From NCBI GenBank assembly GCA_951406725.2, contig OX597820.1:99882001-99946000 (forward strand): a stretch of 64,000 nucleotides of DNA, read 5' to 3'. The number at the start of each line of letters is the position of its first letter. Within the stretch, counting starts at the first letter, position 1. The notes under the pieces are model-generated. The model saw only the letters and a list, made by a program, of their open reading frames with translations, was not told where the DNA came from and did no database searches. The stretch is from Octopus vulgaris. Taxonomy: Eukaryota. The translations under genes were made by a program, and so were the position numbers. This document shows, one piece after another, positions 14,270-26,719 of this stretch.

Positions 14270-14850
14270 TTAATGAAAACAAGACACCTTTTATCTAAGG
14301 AGGCTAATACAATAAAGCTAAACAAACCACAACACATTTTGGAAAATATTAACAAAACAAAAACAAACAATTATATGCAAGACAATAGATTTACAAACGA
14401 CAAACTCCCAAAACATAAATCAACAAAAAAATTGAAAAATGTTTAAGGCTCATACGGGCACACAAAAAATACATTACAAGGGACAAAAAATTTACCACAA
14501 TCGAAGTCAGATTTGAATCAGAGGAGCAAACTAAAGCGTTTTCTATAGAATCACTTGAGTCTGATGAAATAGTAATGATCCATACGTACCTAGACCGTAG
14601 GGTCACAAAAATAAAAATCAAAGATGTGCTCTCTGAAAGTGAAGCTCAATGGCTGGTGTCAGCCATCTGCTACAATTTTGAAGTTATTAATATCTGGGAA
14701 ATTGCCGTCCTAGATCAACAGAATTGGATAGGCCAGGCTTTCAAAATCTTGGTTTTAGCAAATCAAGAGACGATAGAAAGTATACCAGATCAGATAAAAC
14801 TGCCAGATGGTACCATCTTACATATCGACGTTGAAGGCGTACCTCTTAGA
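14270..14850 (+). pseudogene. Possible non-LTR retrotransposon ORF1 (gag-like) remnant
   Basis: Protein-like frame ...TTIEVRFESEEQTKAFS...TYLDRRVTKIKIKDV...IPDQIKLPDGTILHIDVEG, which resembles L1/Tx1-type ORF1 just before a zinc knuckle. Assignment is from recall only. Confidence 0.4.
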
Positions 14851-14948
14851 ATTCAAGCTGTAATTACTGCCGAAGGCGGTCCAACCCCATATCAAAATAA
14901 ATTTGTTTGAAATGTTAAGGTGTTTCCATTATTTTGGGCAGCCCCAGT

Positions 14949-14984
<36 letters not shown>

Positions 14985-14987
<3 letters not shown>

Positions 14988-15140
14988 TGATGTGGCTTTT
15001 TAAACAAGACAATGTTTTGAAAAACATCCACATAAGTTGCATATCCGATTTAGACCACTAAGAGCTGCAGTAAGCTTCTGATCTTTGTGGACCTTAAAAT
15101 GTTTTTTGAGGCCTCCTTTAGAATTGCACTGCTTATGGCA
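14985..15140 (+). repeat. Unclassified dispersed repeat (inverted copy at ~52050-52203)
   Basis: tctgatgtggcttttaaac..gacaatgttttgaaaa..ttctgatctttgtgga.cttaaaatg is shared by both loci. Confidence 0.7.
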
Positions 15141-15166
15141 TGTGTGTGTGTGTGTGTGTGTGTGTG

Positions 15167-16330
15167 TATTGGGTTGGCAAAAAAGTAATTTTTGTTTTTC
15201 TCAAATAGCTAGAGTTGCAATTATTTTGAAAGACTTTTGTCAATGTTATGATTTTTTTTCCTATTGACATTTGACAGTCGTTTCTTTAGCTTACTTTAGA
15301 AGCAAATAGTGTGTAATTTTGTTTACAGCTGCTAGTTCAGTGTCAGTTTTAACATGGAGTGCAAAAACGAACATTTTCGCCATATTTAACTTTTTTTATT
15401 TCTGTAAAGGCAAGAAATCTGTTGAGGCTCACAAAGAGATATGTGAAGTTTATGATGTTGATTGCTTATCAGAACGCACATGTCACAAATGGTTTTAAAA
15501 ATTCCGTTCTGGAGATTTTCACTCAAAGATGACCAACGTTCTCGTCGACCTATTGAAGTCGATGATGACCAAATCAAGGCCATAATTGAATCTGATTGTC
15601 ATTTAACTGTGCAAGAGATTGCAGAGAGATTAAATGTGTTACACACAGCAATTGAAAATCACTTAAAATTTCTTGATATTTGGGTTCCACATAAATTGAA
15701 AGAGATTCAATTAACACAACGGATCAATATTTGCGATATGCCTCTCAAACGGAATGAAATTGACCTTGTTTTGAAACGAATCATCACTGGTGATGAAAAA
15801 TTGATTGTCTACAATAACATCAGTCGAAAACGATCATGGTCCAAGCGTAATGAACCAGCACAAACCACATCGAAAACTGAATTGCATTAAAAAAAGGCCA
15901 TGCTGTCAATTTGGTGGGATTACAAAGGTAAAGGAATTTGGTGGGATTACAAATAGTAAAGGAATCGTGTTCCATCATGACAACGCTAGGCCACACACGC
16001 CTTTGCAAATAAGTGAAAAATTATTGGAGCATGGTTGGGAAGTGATGTTAGATCCACAATACAGCCCTTGCATCATCAGATTACCATTTTTTTTTCGAAG
16101 CATGCAAAATTCTTCGAATGGAAAAACTTTCAATAATGATGATGACCTGAAATCACACTTGCTTCAGTTTTTGACTGATAAATTCTATGAGCGCAGGATC
16201 ATGAACTCGCCAGAAAGATGGCAACAGATCATCTAACAAAATGGAAAACATATAATCGAATAAAGTAAATTTTTTGTATGAAAAAAGTCTTTTATTTCAC
16301 ACTAAAAAACGCAATTACTTTCTTGCCAAA
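15167..16330 (+). mobile_element. Mariner transposon, near full length, inactivated
   Basis: TIRs ttgggttggcaaaaaagtaatt / aattactttcttgccaa. Transposase starts at ATG 15354 (MECKNEHFRHI) and includes WVPHKL, IITGDEK, FHHDNARPHT; it has stops, frameshifts and an internal deletion. Confidence 0.92.
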
Positions 16331-16368
16331 TCTGTCTGTCTCTCTCTCTCTATATATATATACATACA

Positions 16369-16433
<65 letters not shown>

Positions 16434-16523
16434 ATAAAACGGTAAGATAACAAAAGAAAGAAAGAGACCTCAATATTATGTAAATAGAGGAAATTTATCT
16501 ATACAATATGTTACATTACTCGG

Positions 16524-16597
16524 TAGTCAAGATAAAACTCTGAGTTTCAGATGCCGAAGTGGAAATCCACAACACCATCTCTTCGGTTATCTGGCTA
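16524..16597 (-). ncRNA. Type I hammerhead motif, CCGAAGA core
   Basis: Minus strand: agataa-CCGAAGA-gatg..gtgga-tt-tccac..catc-t-GAAAC-tcaga-GTT-ttatct, on a short insert between TA tracts (~16431-16765). Confidence 0.7.
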
Positions 16598-16880
16598 TTT
16601 GAAAACGTTATGAAAAAATACCGTTAAAAATGAAGGGAAATTACTCTGTTATAACTCTGCTTTGCCTGCGTACTTATACATCGCTCGCATTTTTCGTCAT
16701 AAAAATTATATAAAAATACATAAAAATATATAAAATCTTCTTGGGACATAACACAGAAAGCATGTTAAATACATATATACATATATATATGTATATATAC
16801 ATATATATATATTTATATATACATACATACATATATATAGATATACATACATATAAATATACATATATCTATATACATAC

Positions 16881-16949
<69 letters not shown>

Positions 16950-16952
<3 letters not shown>

Positions 16953-17850
16953 GAGGTCACATCAATAAGTATCCGGACTGTTGCCATAGTAACACAGCGA
17001 AAGCACGTAGAGTGAAGCCGCTTAGCAAAGTTTGACCTTTAACCCTGCTGTGCATGTGCACTAAGTTTTAACTTTCTAGTTCATATTCGCTGTTTACAGC
17101 AGTGCTTGGAAAGAATGTGTGTAGCGAGTGATCGTCGCATTGACCATGACAAATAAAGTTGTCATGGCGATACCTTCTCAGAGGCCTACGCAAAGTTGCA
17201 GAAAGTGTATGGAGAGGAGTGTATGAGCCGTACACAAGTGTACGAGTAGTTCAGACGTTTCCAAGTTAGTAAAAAATGTCGATATTGACGAACGTCCTAG
17301 GATACCTGCAACCAGCAGAATTGAGAAAAACATCGCAGATGTGTGTGCAGCTTTGAGGGGAAATCGTCGAATCACCATCCATGAGTTGTCAGAGGATGTG
17401 AAGATTAGTTATGGTTCAGTTCAGTTCATTATCATTGAAGATTTGGATTTAGGTATGAGACGCGTGTCTGCAAGGTTGTGCCAAAACTGCTTTCAGCTGA
17501 CCAAAAAGACACTCGGGTTTCAGTTTCACAAGATTTCCATGATGGTGTCGAGGACGATGAAGACTTTTTAAAACCTTTGCGTTGGCCTCTGAGCAGGTAT
17601 CGTCAAGCTTTTGGCAAACTTTGATGTAAATTCTCTGCTCAACTTTATCTGTCATGGTCAATGCGACGATCACATGCTATATACCTTCCTTCCAAGCACT
17701 GCTGTAAACAGTGTAAGTGAGCTAGAACGTTCAAACGTAGTGCATATGCACAGCAGAGTTTCAGGTGAATCTGAGTCAAGTGGCTTCACTCTGCATGCTT
17801 TAGCTTTGTTACTATAGCAGCAGTTCATGTACTTGTTGATCAAACCCCTA
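16950..17850. mobile_element. Mariner-derived foldback element (5' end duplicated in inverted orientation)
   Basis: ~16950-17215 is the reverse complement of ~17570-17850. The interior encodes only the HTH N-terminus (MSRTQVYE, RRITIHELSEDVKISYGSV, LGMRRVSAR). Confidence 0.85.
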
Positions 17851-17875
17851 TACACACATACGCACACACACACAG

Positions 17876-17953
<78 letters not shown>

Positions 17954-17956
<3 letters not shown>

Positions 17957-18090
17957 CTTAGCAGAAATAACAGAGTGACTCAAGGTCTGAGAGTTTCGCT
18001 TATCTAGTTTACTTATGAAACGCAAATTTCATGAATGCTAACGCACGAAATTCTCGGACCTTGAGCCAGTTTGTTACTTCTGCTGAATAT
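17954..18090. repeat. Short inverted repeat (~45-bp arms), HHR-derived
   Basis: gcagaaataacagagtgactcaaggtctgagagtttcg / cgaaattctcggaccttgagccagtttgttacttctgc. Each arm reads GAAA(C/T)...G(T/C)C outward. Confidence 0.7.
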
Positions 18091-18151
18091 TAATAAAAAT
18101 ATGCACATACTCATATTTTGAGTTCTATTTTTCATGCTTAATTACCATACC

Positions 18152-18198
<47 letters not shown>

Positions 18199-18242
18199 CG
18201 GCGTACGTACACTTTGTTTTCTTATATACATACACACACATG

Positions 18243-18969
18243 CAGAGTTTTGGGATTCAATTTTGAGCATCTGCATTGTTTGTTCTTGATTTTCTCGACT
18301 ACACAGTATAGTAGGGTCTGATGGGCACCGTCTGTTGGAGAAACACCAATATGACGCAATTCACTATGCCAGAATTTTGGAAACGACATGCTATACTGCT
18401 TGGCATTCGCGCCGGAACCTTCAATACGCACGTTTCAGAGTGTTTGGATATCAATCTGAGAACAATGCATGTATCGAGAGTGATGAAAATCAAAGTCCTG
18501 TCCTGCTCCATGAGGGTGGCTGCTGGATGACCCTATGTCTGGCAAGAGGGCCCTGCACCATGCCACACAAGCAGAAGAACCCAGTTATGACTGTCAGACA
18601 ATTTCTACGCCCACATCACCCCTAATACCTGGCCACCTAACTCTCCAGACTGCAGCTCCCTTGATTATTATCAGTGGGATGGAGCTGAGCAAGAGACAAA
18701 ACTCCTTGTAACATCAAAGATGAACTGAAGGCAAGTATTATGGCAGCATTCACCAACTTAAACAAGGAGACAGTCCAGAAGAGTTGCAGGAGATTCCGAA
18801 GTCGTCTGGAGGCCGTGGTTGAAGCCATTGCGTTTTTATTCAACAAATTTACTCTTTAGTATTTCAAGATATTTTTATGTAATTTTGGTAAATATATCTC
18901 TTAAACTGAGATGCCAGTGTTATTTTCATTTTGCGTAATTTGGACAACAATATATTCACCGCAACCTCT
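18243..18969 (+). mobile_element. Internally deleted Tc1/mariner-superfamily element (maT/DD37D-like)
   Basis: The N-terminus KRHAILLGIRAG is joined to YVWQEGPAPCHTSRRTQ...WPPNSPDCSSLDY; weak terminal cagag/ctctg inverted ends. Confidence 0.75.
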
Positions 18970-19234
18970 GTTGTGCGTGTGGGTGTGTGCTTGCGTGTGT
19001 CTGTAGAGAAAGAGACAGTGGTGAAAACATAAATGTTTATAGCTACACACATAAAATAAATAATCATGCTGGTTCTCTCAGGTGCACATGTACCCAGGTA
19101 TAACAGTCACAGTTTTATATTGCCAAACATGCGTATAAGTGAGATTGCAAAATATCGGAAAATGGTTATATGTTAATAGAGAACGCGAACAAATTGTATT
19201 TCTACCATGTGTGACTTTTAGTATCATTTATCTG

Positions 19235-19641
19235 TTACCTTTTGCCTATTTCATTCATTGGACTGCGGCCATGCTGGGGCGCCACTCTGAATAGTTTTTG
19301 TCCAACAAATCGACCCCACTACTTCAGTTTTTAATTTCTTCTATCTATTCTATCGGCTATTTTTGCCGAACTGCTAAGTTACAGGGTAGTAAATAAACCA
19401 CCACCAGGTGTCGCGCAATGGGGGAACAGATTCAAATACAATGGCACGGAGACGTAAACTCAACAACACCAGTTGTCACACGATAGTGGGAGGGGGGGCA
19501 AATATAGAAACACATGCACGCCCCCCACCCTACATACACACACATACGACGTGCTTCTTTCACTTTTCGTCAATCAAATCCACTCACAAGGCTTTTTTCG
19601 GCCCGGGGAAGACACTTGCCCAAGGTGCCACGCAGTGGGAA

Positions 19642-19711
<70 letters not shown>

Positions 19712-20081
19712 CAAAGTAATTGTATTTCTGCATATAACTTTATCTTGCTCCATTGTAAACAAAACTGTCCGACGAACGGGAACGTGAAACTCTGAGTAAC
19801 AGTTTTTTTATATTTTTGTTGCTTTTTAATAAAGCATATTTCTTTACCTCTGTTATTCGAGTACACCTTTTTTCACCTTGTTTCGCATTTATGTGCTTAC
19901 TCTGGTATATATATATATATATATATATATAAAACCAGCTTATTTCAGTTTCTGTTTACCAAATTTACTCACAAGGCTCGGGGCTATAGAAGACACTTGC
20001 TCAAGGGGACATGTGGAACTGAACCCGAAACTGTGTTGATAGGAAGCAAACTTCTTTACAAAACACACATACCTGCGCCTA
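19235..20081 (-). mobile_element. SINE family A fragments interrupted by an HHR-bearing insert
   Basis: Family A sequence at ~19235-19640 and ~19935-20081. Confidence 0.7.
19761..19806 (+). ncRNA. Minimal type I hammerhead ribozyme (CCGACGA core)
   Basis: aaaactgt-CCGACGA-acg-ggaa-cgt-GAAAC-tctga-GTA-acagtttt: perfect 8-bp stem I, 3-bp stem II with a GNRA loop, palindromic ACTC-t-GAGT stem III. Confidence 0.85.
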
Positions 20082-20682
20082 CTTCAACCTTACAGCTATA
20101 ATTCAGACCCCTACAAATACTTACCGAGAGAGTGAGGGAGAGAGAAAAGGAGGAGGTAGTATGAAGTCTTGTACAAATATATATCTTCAGTATCATTGAG
20201 TTTGTTATCAAATTTCATGCAGAGCGTTAGCCTTTTTTAGCTATTTTTTCTTAGCTCTTGAGTCTCATTTTATTTATGCAACTTAACGGTGTAGTGTTTT
20301 ATGAAATTTATATTTATCATTGAAAATCCTACATTTGATTCGGAAGCACCAAATGAGGGATAGACATGTTCTCATTGTTGTCCCTTGCTGCCAAATCAAA
20401 ATTCCATAGTATGTTGTTATTTCTTTGAGGAATATTTCTAATTTCTTCAAATCACTCCATTTTCTCATGCCGTGTATAATAATTATCGTTAGGCTGTTAC
20501 TAACGTTCCCAGTTTATGAACTTTCCACACGCACACACACACTCATGAACCTTGCACACTCCTGGATCTTACAGACACACCTACGCGCGCGCTTCATATA
20601 TAAATACATATATATATAAATATAATCTTTAAAAAAAATATATATCTATATATATATACATATGCATGCATGTATATGTGTA

Positions 20683-20730
<48 letters not shown>

Positions 20731-20733
<3 letters not shown>

Positions 20734-20909
20734 TTGTGTAGTAAGAAATTTGCTCCTCAATCGCAAGATTCCAGGTTCAGTCCTACTGTGTGGGCCCTTT
20801 GGCAAGTTTATTCAACTATAGCCTCAAGCTGACCAAAGTTTTGCGAGGGGATTTGGTAGAAGGAAACTAAAAAGAGCCCGTCTTTTATATATATATATAT
20901 ATACATACA

Positions 20910-20951
<42 letters not shown>

Positions 20952-21170
20952 CATATATGCGTGATGTGTGTGCCCTTGTTTCTTGTTTCTGAGGATGATC
21001 CCCACCACCGCTTGACTACTGGTGTTTGTTTACGTCGTTGTAACTTAGCAGTTCTACAAAATAGACTAATAGAATAAGTACTGGGTCGATTCATCCGACT
21101 AAAATCTCTTCAAGACAGTGCCCCAGCATGGCTGCAGTCTAATGACAGAAACAAGTAAAGGATAAAAGAT
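20731..21170 (+). mobile_element. SINE family A
   Basis: Aligns by eye to 2809-3228. Confidence 0.8.
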
Positions 21171-21358
21171 AACGTATATAAGATAACCATGAAAGGTTTA
21201 TCAATAGGAAATTACAGACGAAATTTCAACAGACCGATATGGCATATGTGAAATAATACATAAAAGTAATAAAAGGAAACAGTTAATTTTAAATCGGGCG
21301 ATAACGATTAATTTAGTTACATCATTATTCCGCCGATCATTCGCTGCCAACAACACGT

Positions 21359-21837
21359 GTGGAGGCGTAATGGCCCAGTGGTTAGGGCAGCGGACTCGCG
21401 GTCGTAAGAACGCGGTTTCGATTCCCAGACCGGGCATTGTGAGTGTTTATTGTGCAAAAACACCTAAGCTCTACGAGGCTCCGGCGGGGGTGGTGGTGAA
21501 CCCCGCTGTACTCTTTCACCACAACTTTCTCTCACTCTTTCTTCCTACTTCTGCCACAAAGCAGAGGAACCATGGTGTAACCCAGTATGGTGTGGTAAAC
21601 TTTCAGACCCTGGTCTAGATTGCGAATCCTCTGTACCCCAGGATGGTTCAGCTCTCCACCCTTTAAAAGCCACCGTTTACGGAATGAGGATAACAACGTA
21701 GCTTTCGCGCTCGTGCAACCGCCAGTCTATCGGGTGTGGTGGGTGGATCTTCAAGTTGCCACACGCATTCTTAGTAGCTTAGAGTAGGATCGAATTAGAG
21801 ATTATTCTTTGTGGCTAATGGCGTGAGTCCTGATTGG
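21359..21837 (+). mobile_element. tRNA-headed SINE family C head with alternative 3' tail, ending in (GAA)n
   Basis: Head gtggaggcgtaatggcccagtggttagggcagcgg...tttcgattcc; diverges from the other copies after ~21546. Confidence 0.75.
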
Positions 21838-21973
21838 AAGAAGAAGAAGAAGAAGAAGAAGAAGAAGAAGAAGAAGAAGAAGAAGAAGAAGAAGAAGAAG
21901 AAGAAGAAGAAGAAGAAGAAGAAGAAGAAGAAGAAGAAGAAGAAGAAGAAGAAGAAGAAGAAGAAGAAGAAGA
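21838..21973. repeat. (GAA)n microsatellite
   Basis: Direct reading. Confidence 0.97.
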
Positions 21974-22600
21974 CAACAACACGCAACAGGAACGGTTTAC
22001 CATTAGAAGATTGTTTGATTGACAGAATTATTAAATCGTCTGAAAAAGCACTTGCAATATTTATTCTAGCTCTTTGCGTTCTAAGTTCAAATAGCGCCGA
22101 GGTAAACTTTGTCTTTCATCCTCTGCGATATAATACGGTACCAGTCCAAATTCTGGAGAAAATTTAATCCACTGTTTCTAGCCTTGTATCTGTGTTAGAA
22201 AACACAGTTCCTAATACAGGTGCCAGGCCTGAAATTTAACTGGAGGAGCAGGTAACCGTTTATACATTGCCAAGTATAAATATCTCTGTTTTTTATTTTA
22301 TTTTATTTTATCGAACACAGTAGAGAAAAGGCAAGATAAACCTCAACTCAGAACGGAACGAATAGAGCCGCAATATATTTTATCAATGCTCAAACGATTC
22401 TGTCAGTCCACCAATGTAATTTTATTCACATGGTAAATGTCGATAAACACAGGGACATTATAGTCTCAAACAAAACACAAAGCTTTATTAAATTAAGAGC
22501 ATTAATGAAAAAGTATTAAACTCGAACATAGCCGTGCCGTCCATAGAATGTTTGAAAGTAAAACTGTTCACTTCAATAAGACGTATGTTGTACAATGTGC

Positions 22601-22669
<69 letters not shown>

Positions 22670-22797
22670 TGTGTGTAAGTATATATCTATTTGTATACAC
22701 ACACATACATATACATATACTTCTGTATATAATTCTGTTTTGAGTTCTATTTTCCTATTTGTATTACCAAACCATTTATGTGCATACACACACATAC

Positions 22798-22866
<69 letters not shown>

Positions 22867-22873
22867 CATATAT

Positions 22874-22914
<41 letters not shown>

Positions 22915-23154
22915 CATACATACATACATACATACATACATACATACATACATACATACATACAGGCATACATACATACAAATGGTAACAAAGACAAGTA
23001 GTGAAACAAACAAACAATAGAGAAATATCATTTAAGAGTTGAACTTACTTTTATATTCGTCAACTGGAGATCGAAGCTTCTGCAGTCTTTTTATATACAT
23101 CCTTTGGTGGACAGTAAAGAAGCAATGATAGCACCACAATAAGCGAAATAAACA

Positions 23155-23219
<65 letters not shown>

Positions 23220-23633
23220 CATACACTCAGGTGTTGGGTTCTCTAACAGACAGGATGGTGATAATACGCACACCAGGAAGGCCTAAGTTGTGATGATGAC
23301 GGTTAGAAATGTCAGTTAAATTGCGCGACCTATATACAATATTTATAACTGCCAGCCGATTCCTATACTTAATTCAGCCGCCGATAGTTTTTGTGAAACA
23401 CAGTTTTCTTGCATATTCAACAAAATTGTATTCACTGGGTATTCCGTTTATCTTTGTCATTCTTTTCGCTTTAAATCGAAGTAGCAAATGCTTCTAATGT
23501 TCTAACAATATGATTTTTTATTATTATTATTTTGTTGTTTTAAATTTATTATTCGATTAAGTAATTTTAATAAAAAAAAAATATTCTGTACTTTCATAAT
23601 TTTATTCCCATCGAAAATTCATTCCAACTGTTC

Positions 23634-23668
<35 letters not shown>

Positions 23669-23678
23669 CATACACATA

Positions 23679-23719
<41 letters not shown>

Positions 23720-23730
23720 CACACACATAA

Positions 23731-23773
<43 letters not shown>

Positions 23774-24763
23774 CAGTGCCCTTAGAAGGGCACTGTCAAT
23801 ATTGGTTCTTTTTAATCGTTATGTTGATACGTTTTAGTTTATTATTTCGTATTTAAAAGTTTTCCAAATAACTTTTTATCTATTTGTAAACCCTCCCCAA
23901 ATTAATCACATGTAATTTTTTCCTTTTAATTTCGCCTTCAAAGAAATAACAAATTTAAAATTTAATGTCGTTAAGGCAAATTTTTATTAATAAAATAAAC
24001 ATCCACAGACACAAATAGAGAGAAAGAGAGAGGGTGGTGTGCAGAGAAAGAGAGTGGGAGAGAAAGATAGAGAGAGAGGGTGAGAGGGAGAGAAATGCAC
24101 TAACACTTTATTGCTAACGATATAGTAATCGAAATATTACGTAAAAGAAATTATATTGCGATAAAATTTCGCCAAACCAACAAAGTTTCACTTTAATAAG
24201 CATCAAGCGAATGGATTATATTGTCAGTAATAACGATATTAATGAACAAGGTGTTTAAAGTTGAAGCTATAAAGCTGTTAGCTGTAGTTGAAGCTACAAA
24301 AGACTGACACTCAAAACACTGAATAAAAGTAACATTACGATAGAGTTGTTGGAAGTTCTGCAGGAAACAATGCAAAGAAGTGACAATGCTAAAACGGTTT
24401 TAGAACTTTATTTTATACCCGTGTGTATACAAGTAACATAAACGGATAACTGCAACAATAGGTCATATATATTAATGTTTAAATAATTAAAGATTACCAT
24501 TCTTTTTACTTCGTATTTACCATTTTATTCTCCATATTTAGTAGATTTTTTTTTCATATTTGTTATATTCAATTTGCCTGTTTTCATATAATATAAAAAA
24601 CGAAATAATTTTCAGAGCATGGCTTAAAGTTTTAAACACTAGTAAATGTTTACGTGTGTGTGTATGTATAAGGGATGGTTGGTGAGTAAGTAGGTAAGTA
24701 TATATGAATATATGTATGTATCATATATGTACGGGTGTGTGTGTGTGTGTATGTGTGTGTGTA

Positions 24764-24812
<49 letters not shown>

Positions 24813-24948
24813 GGTTTAATATTACTAACAAGATAAATGGAACTTGATAAATGGAGGAACTATAATCATCATGATAAATATGTCGCAGTTAATGTAGCAC
24901 ACAAATTATATACACACATACTATATACACACACACATACCATATCTA

Positions 24949-25560
24949 TAGCACGCCAGGCGAAATGCGTAGCCGTATTTCGTCTGCCGTTACGTTCTGA
25001 GTTCAAATTCTGCCGAGGTCGACTTTGCCTTTCATCCTTTCGGGGTCGACAAATTAAGTACCAGTTACGCACTGGGGTCGATGTAATCGACTTAATTCGT
25101 TTGTCTGTCCTTGTTTGTCCCTTCTGTGTTTAGCCCCTTGTGGAGTGGAAGCACTCCGTCGGTTACGACGATGAGGGTTCCGGTTGATCCGAATCAACGG
25201 AACAGCCTGCTCGTGAAATTAACGTGTAAATGGCTGAGCACTCCACAGACACGTGTACCCTTAACGTAGTTCTCGGGGATATTCAGCGTGACACAGAGAG
25301 TGACAAGGCCGGCCCTTTGAAATACAGGTACAACAGAAACAGGAAGTAAGAGTGAGAGAAAGTTGTGGTGAAATACTACAGCAGGGATCACCACCATCCC
25401 CTGCCGGAGCCTCGTGGAGCTTTAGGTGTTTTCGCTCAATAAACACTCACAACGCCCGGACTGGGAATCGAAACCGCGATCCTATGACCGCGAGTCCGCT
25501 GCCCTAACCACTGGGCCATTGCGCCTCCACTTTAGCCCCTTGTAGGTAGTAAAGAAATAT
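24949..25560 (+). mobile_element. SINE family B, split by a nested family C insertion
   Basis: tagcacgccaggcgaaatgc...gagttcaaattc...gtttagccccttgt; the tail resumes at 25531. Confidence 0.85.
25144..25530 (-). mobile_element. SINE family C with 13-bp target-site duplication
   Basis: TSD tttagccccttgt at 25129-25141 and 25531-25543. Confidence 0.9.
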
Positions 25561-25640
25561 GTATTTATTTTGTCGACGGCGAAAAATGAACGGCAAAGTC
25601 GACCTCAGCGGAATTTGAACTTATATCATATTACATGATA

Positions 25641-25730
<90 letters not shown>

Positions 25731-25792
25731 TGTGTGTGAGAGAGAGAGAGAGATGCAATATAAAACCAAAAGGGAAGAATTCAGTTGTCACT

Positions 25793-25935
25793 AATAGTGA
25801 CCGAGGGTACATTGTAGCACCTACATGGCTAGAAATAAAAGTCAAAGACCCTTATGTGCTATGTTTGTGGCTAGAAGGGTCTTTGACTGTTATTTCTAGC
25901 AATATAGGTGCTACAATGCACCAGCAATCACTATT
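25793..25935. repeat. Inverted repeat (~60-bp arms)
   Basis: cattgtagcacctacatggctagaaataaaagtcaaagaccctt / aagggtctttgactgttatttctagcaatataggtgctacaatg. Confidence 0.85.
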
Positions 25936-26015
25936 TCAAAAATTTAACGACATGTGGATCGTTGGCGATTTTTTTTTTCGTCTTCTTTTTCTCTTGGACT
26001 TTCCTCTGTCTTCTC

Positions 26016-26048
26016 TTTCTGAAGAAGAGCTTTGCTCGAAACGTGAAA
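26016..26048 (+). ncRNA. Ultra-minimal hammerhead motif (cleavage triplet mutated to GTG)
   Basis: ttt-CTGAAGA-a-gagc-ttt-gctc-GAAAC-GTG-aaa. Confidence 0.65.
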
Positions 26049-26161
26049 CTACCTTTCTTTCTTTCCCTGAGCATCTGTTAATACTTTGCATGTACCACGT
26101 CTTTGCGTTGTTGTCTTTTTACATGTTTTTTTCTTCGTTTTTTTTTAATATTATGTGTGTG

Positions 26162-26551
26162 TGTGGGGGGTGCAATGGCCCAGTGGTTAAGGCAGCAGAC
26201 TCGCGGTCGTGCGATTGCGGTTTCGATTCCCAGACCGGGCGTTCTGAATATGTTTATTGAGCAAAAAACACCTAAAGCTCCTCGAGGCTCCGGCAGGAGG
26301 TGGTGGCAAACTCTGCTGTACTCTTTCAACACTGTACAACTTTCTCTCACTCTTTCTTCCTGTTTCTGTTGTACCTGTATTTCAAAAGGCCAGCCTTGTC
26401 ACACTCTGTGTCACGCTGAATCTCCCCGAGAACTACATTAAGGGTACACGTGTCTGTGGAGTGCTCAGCCACTTGCACGTTAATTTCACGAGCAGGCTGT
26501 TCCGTTTATCGGATCAACTAGAACCCTTGTCGTCGCAACCAACGGAGTGCC
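26162..26551 (+). mobile_element. SINE family C
   Basis: Full-length homologue of 25144-25530 in the opposite orientation. Confidence 0.9.
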
Positions 26552-26552
26552 A

Positions 26553-26623
<71 letters not shown>

Positions 26624-26719
26624 TGTATATGTATGTATGTATTTATGTATATATTTATATGTACATATATATAAATCCTGGTATGGCTTTGCTATAAAGT
26701 TATATGCTGAGGATTAATG

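Noticed and set aside
21359-21435. tRNA genes at SINE heads
   Set aside because: A/B-box-like motifs continue into repeated SINE bodies and the cloverleaf is incomplete.
23774-23795. cagtgccctt-ag-aagggcactg hairpin as a terminator or Helitron end
   Set aside because: Isolated 10-bp stem with no supporting element structure.
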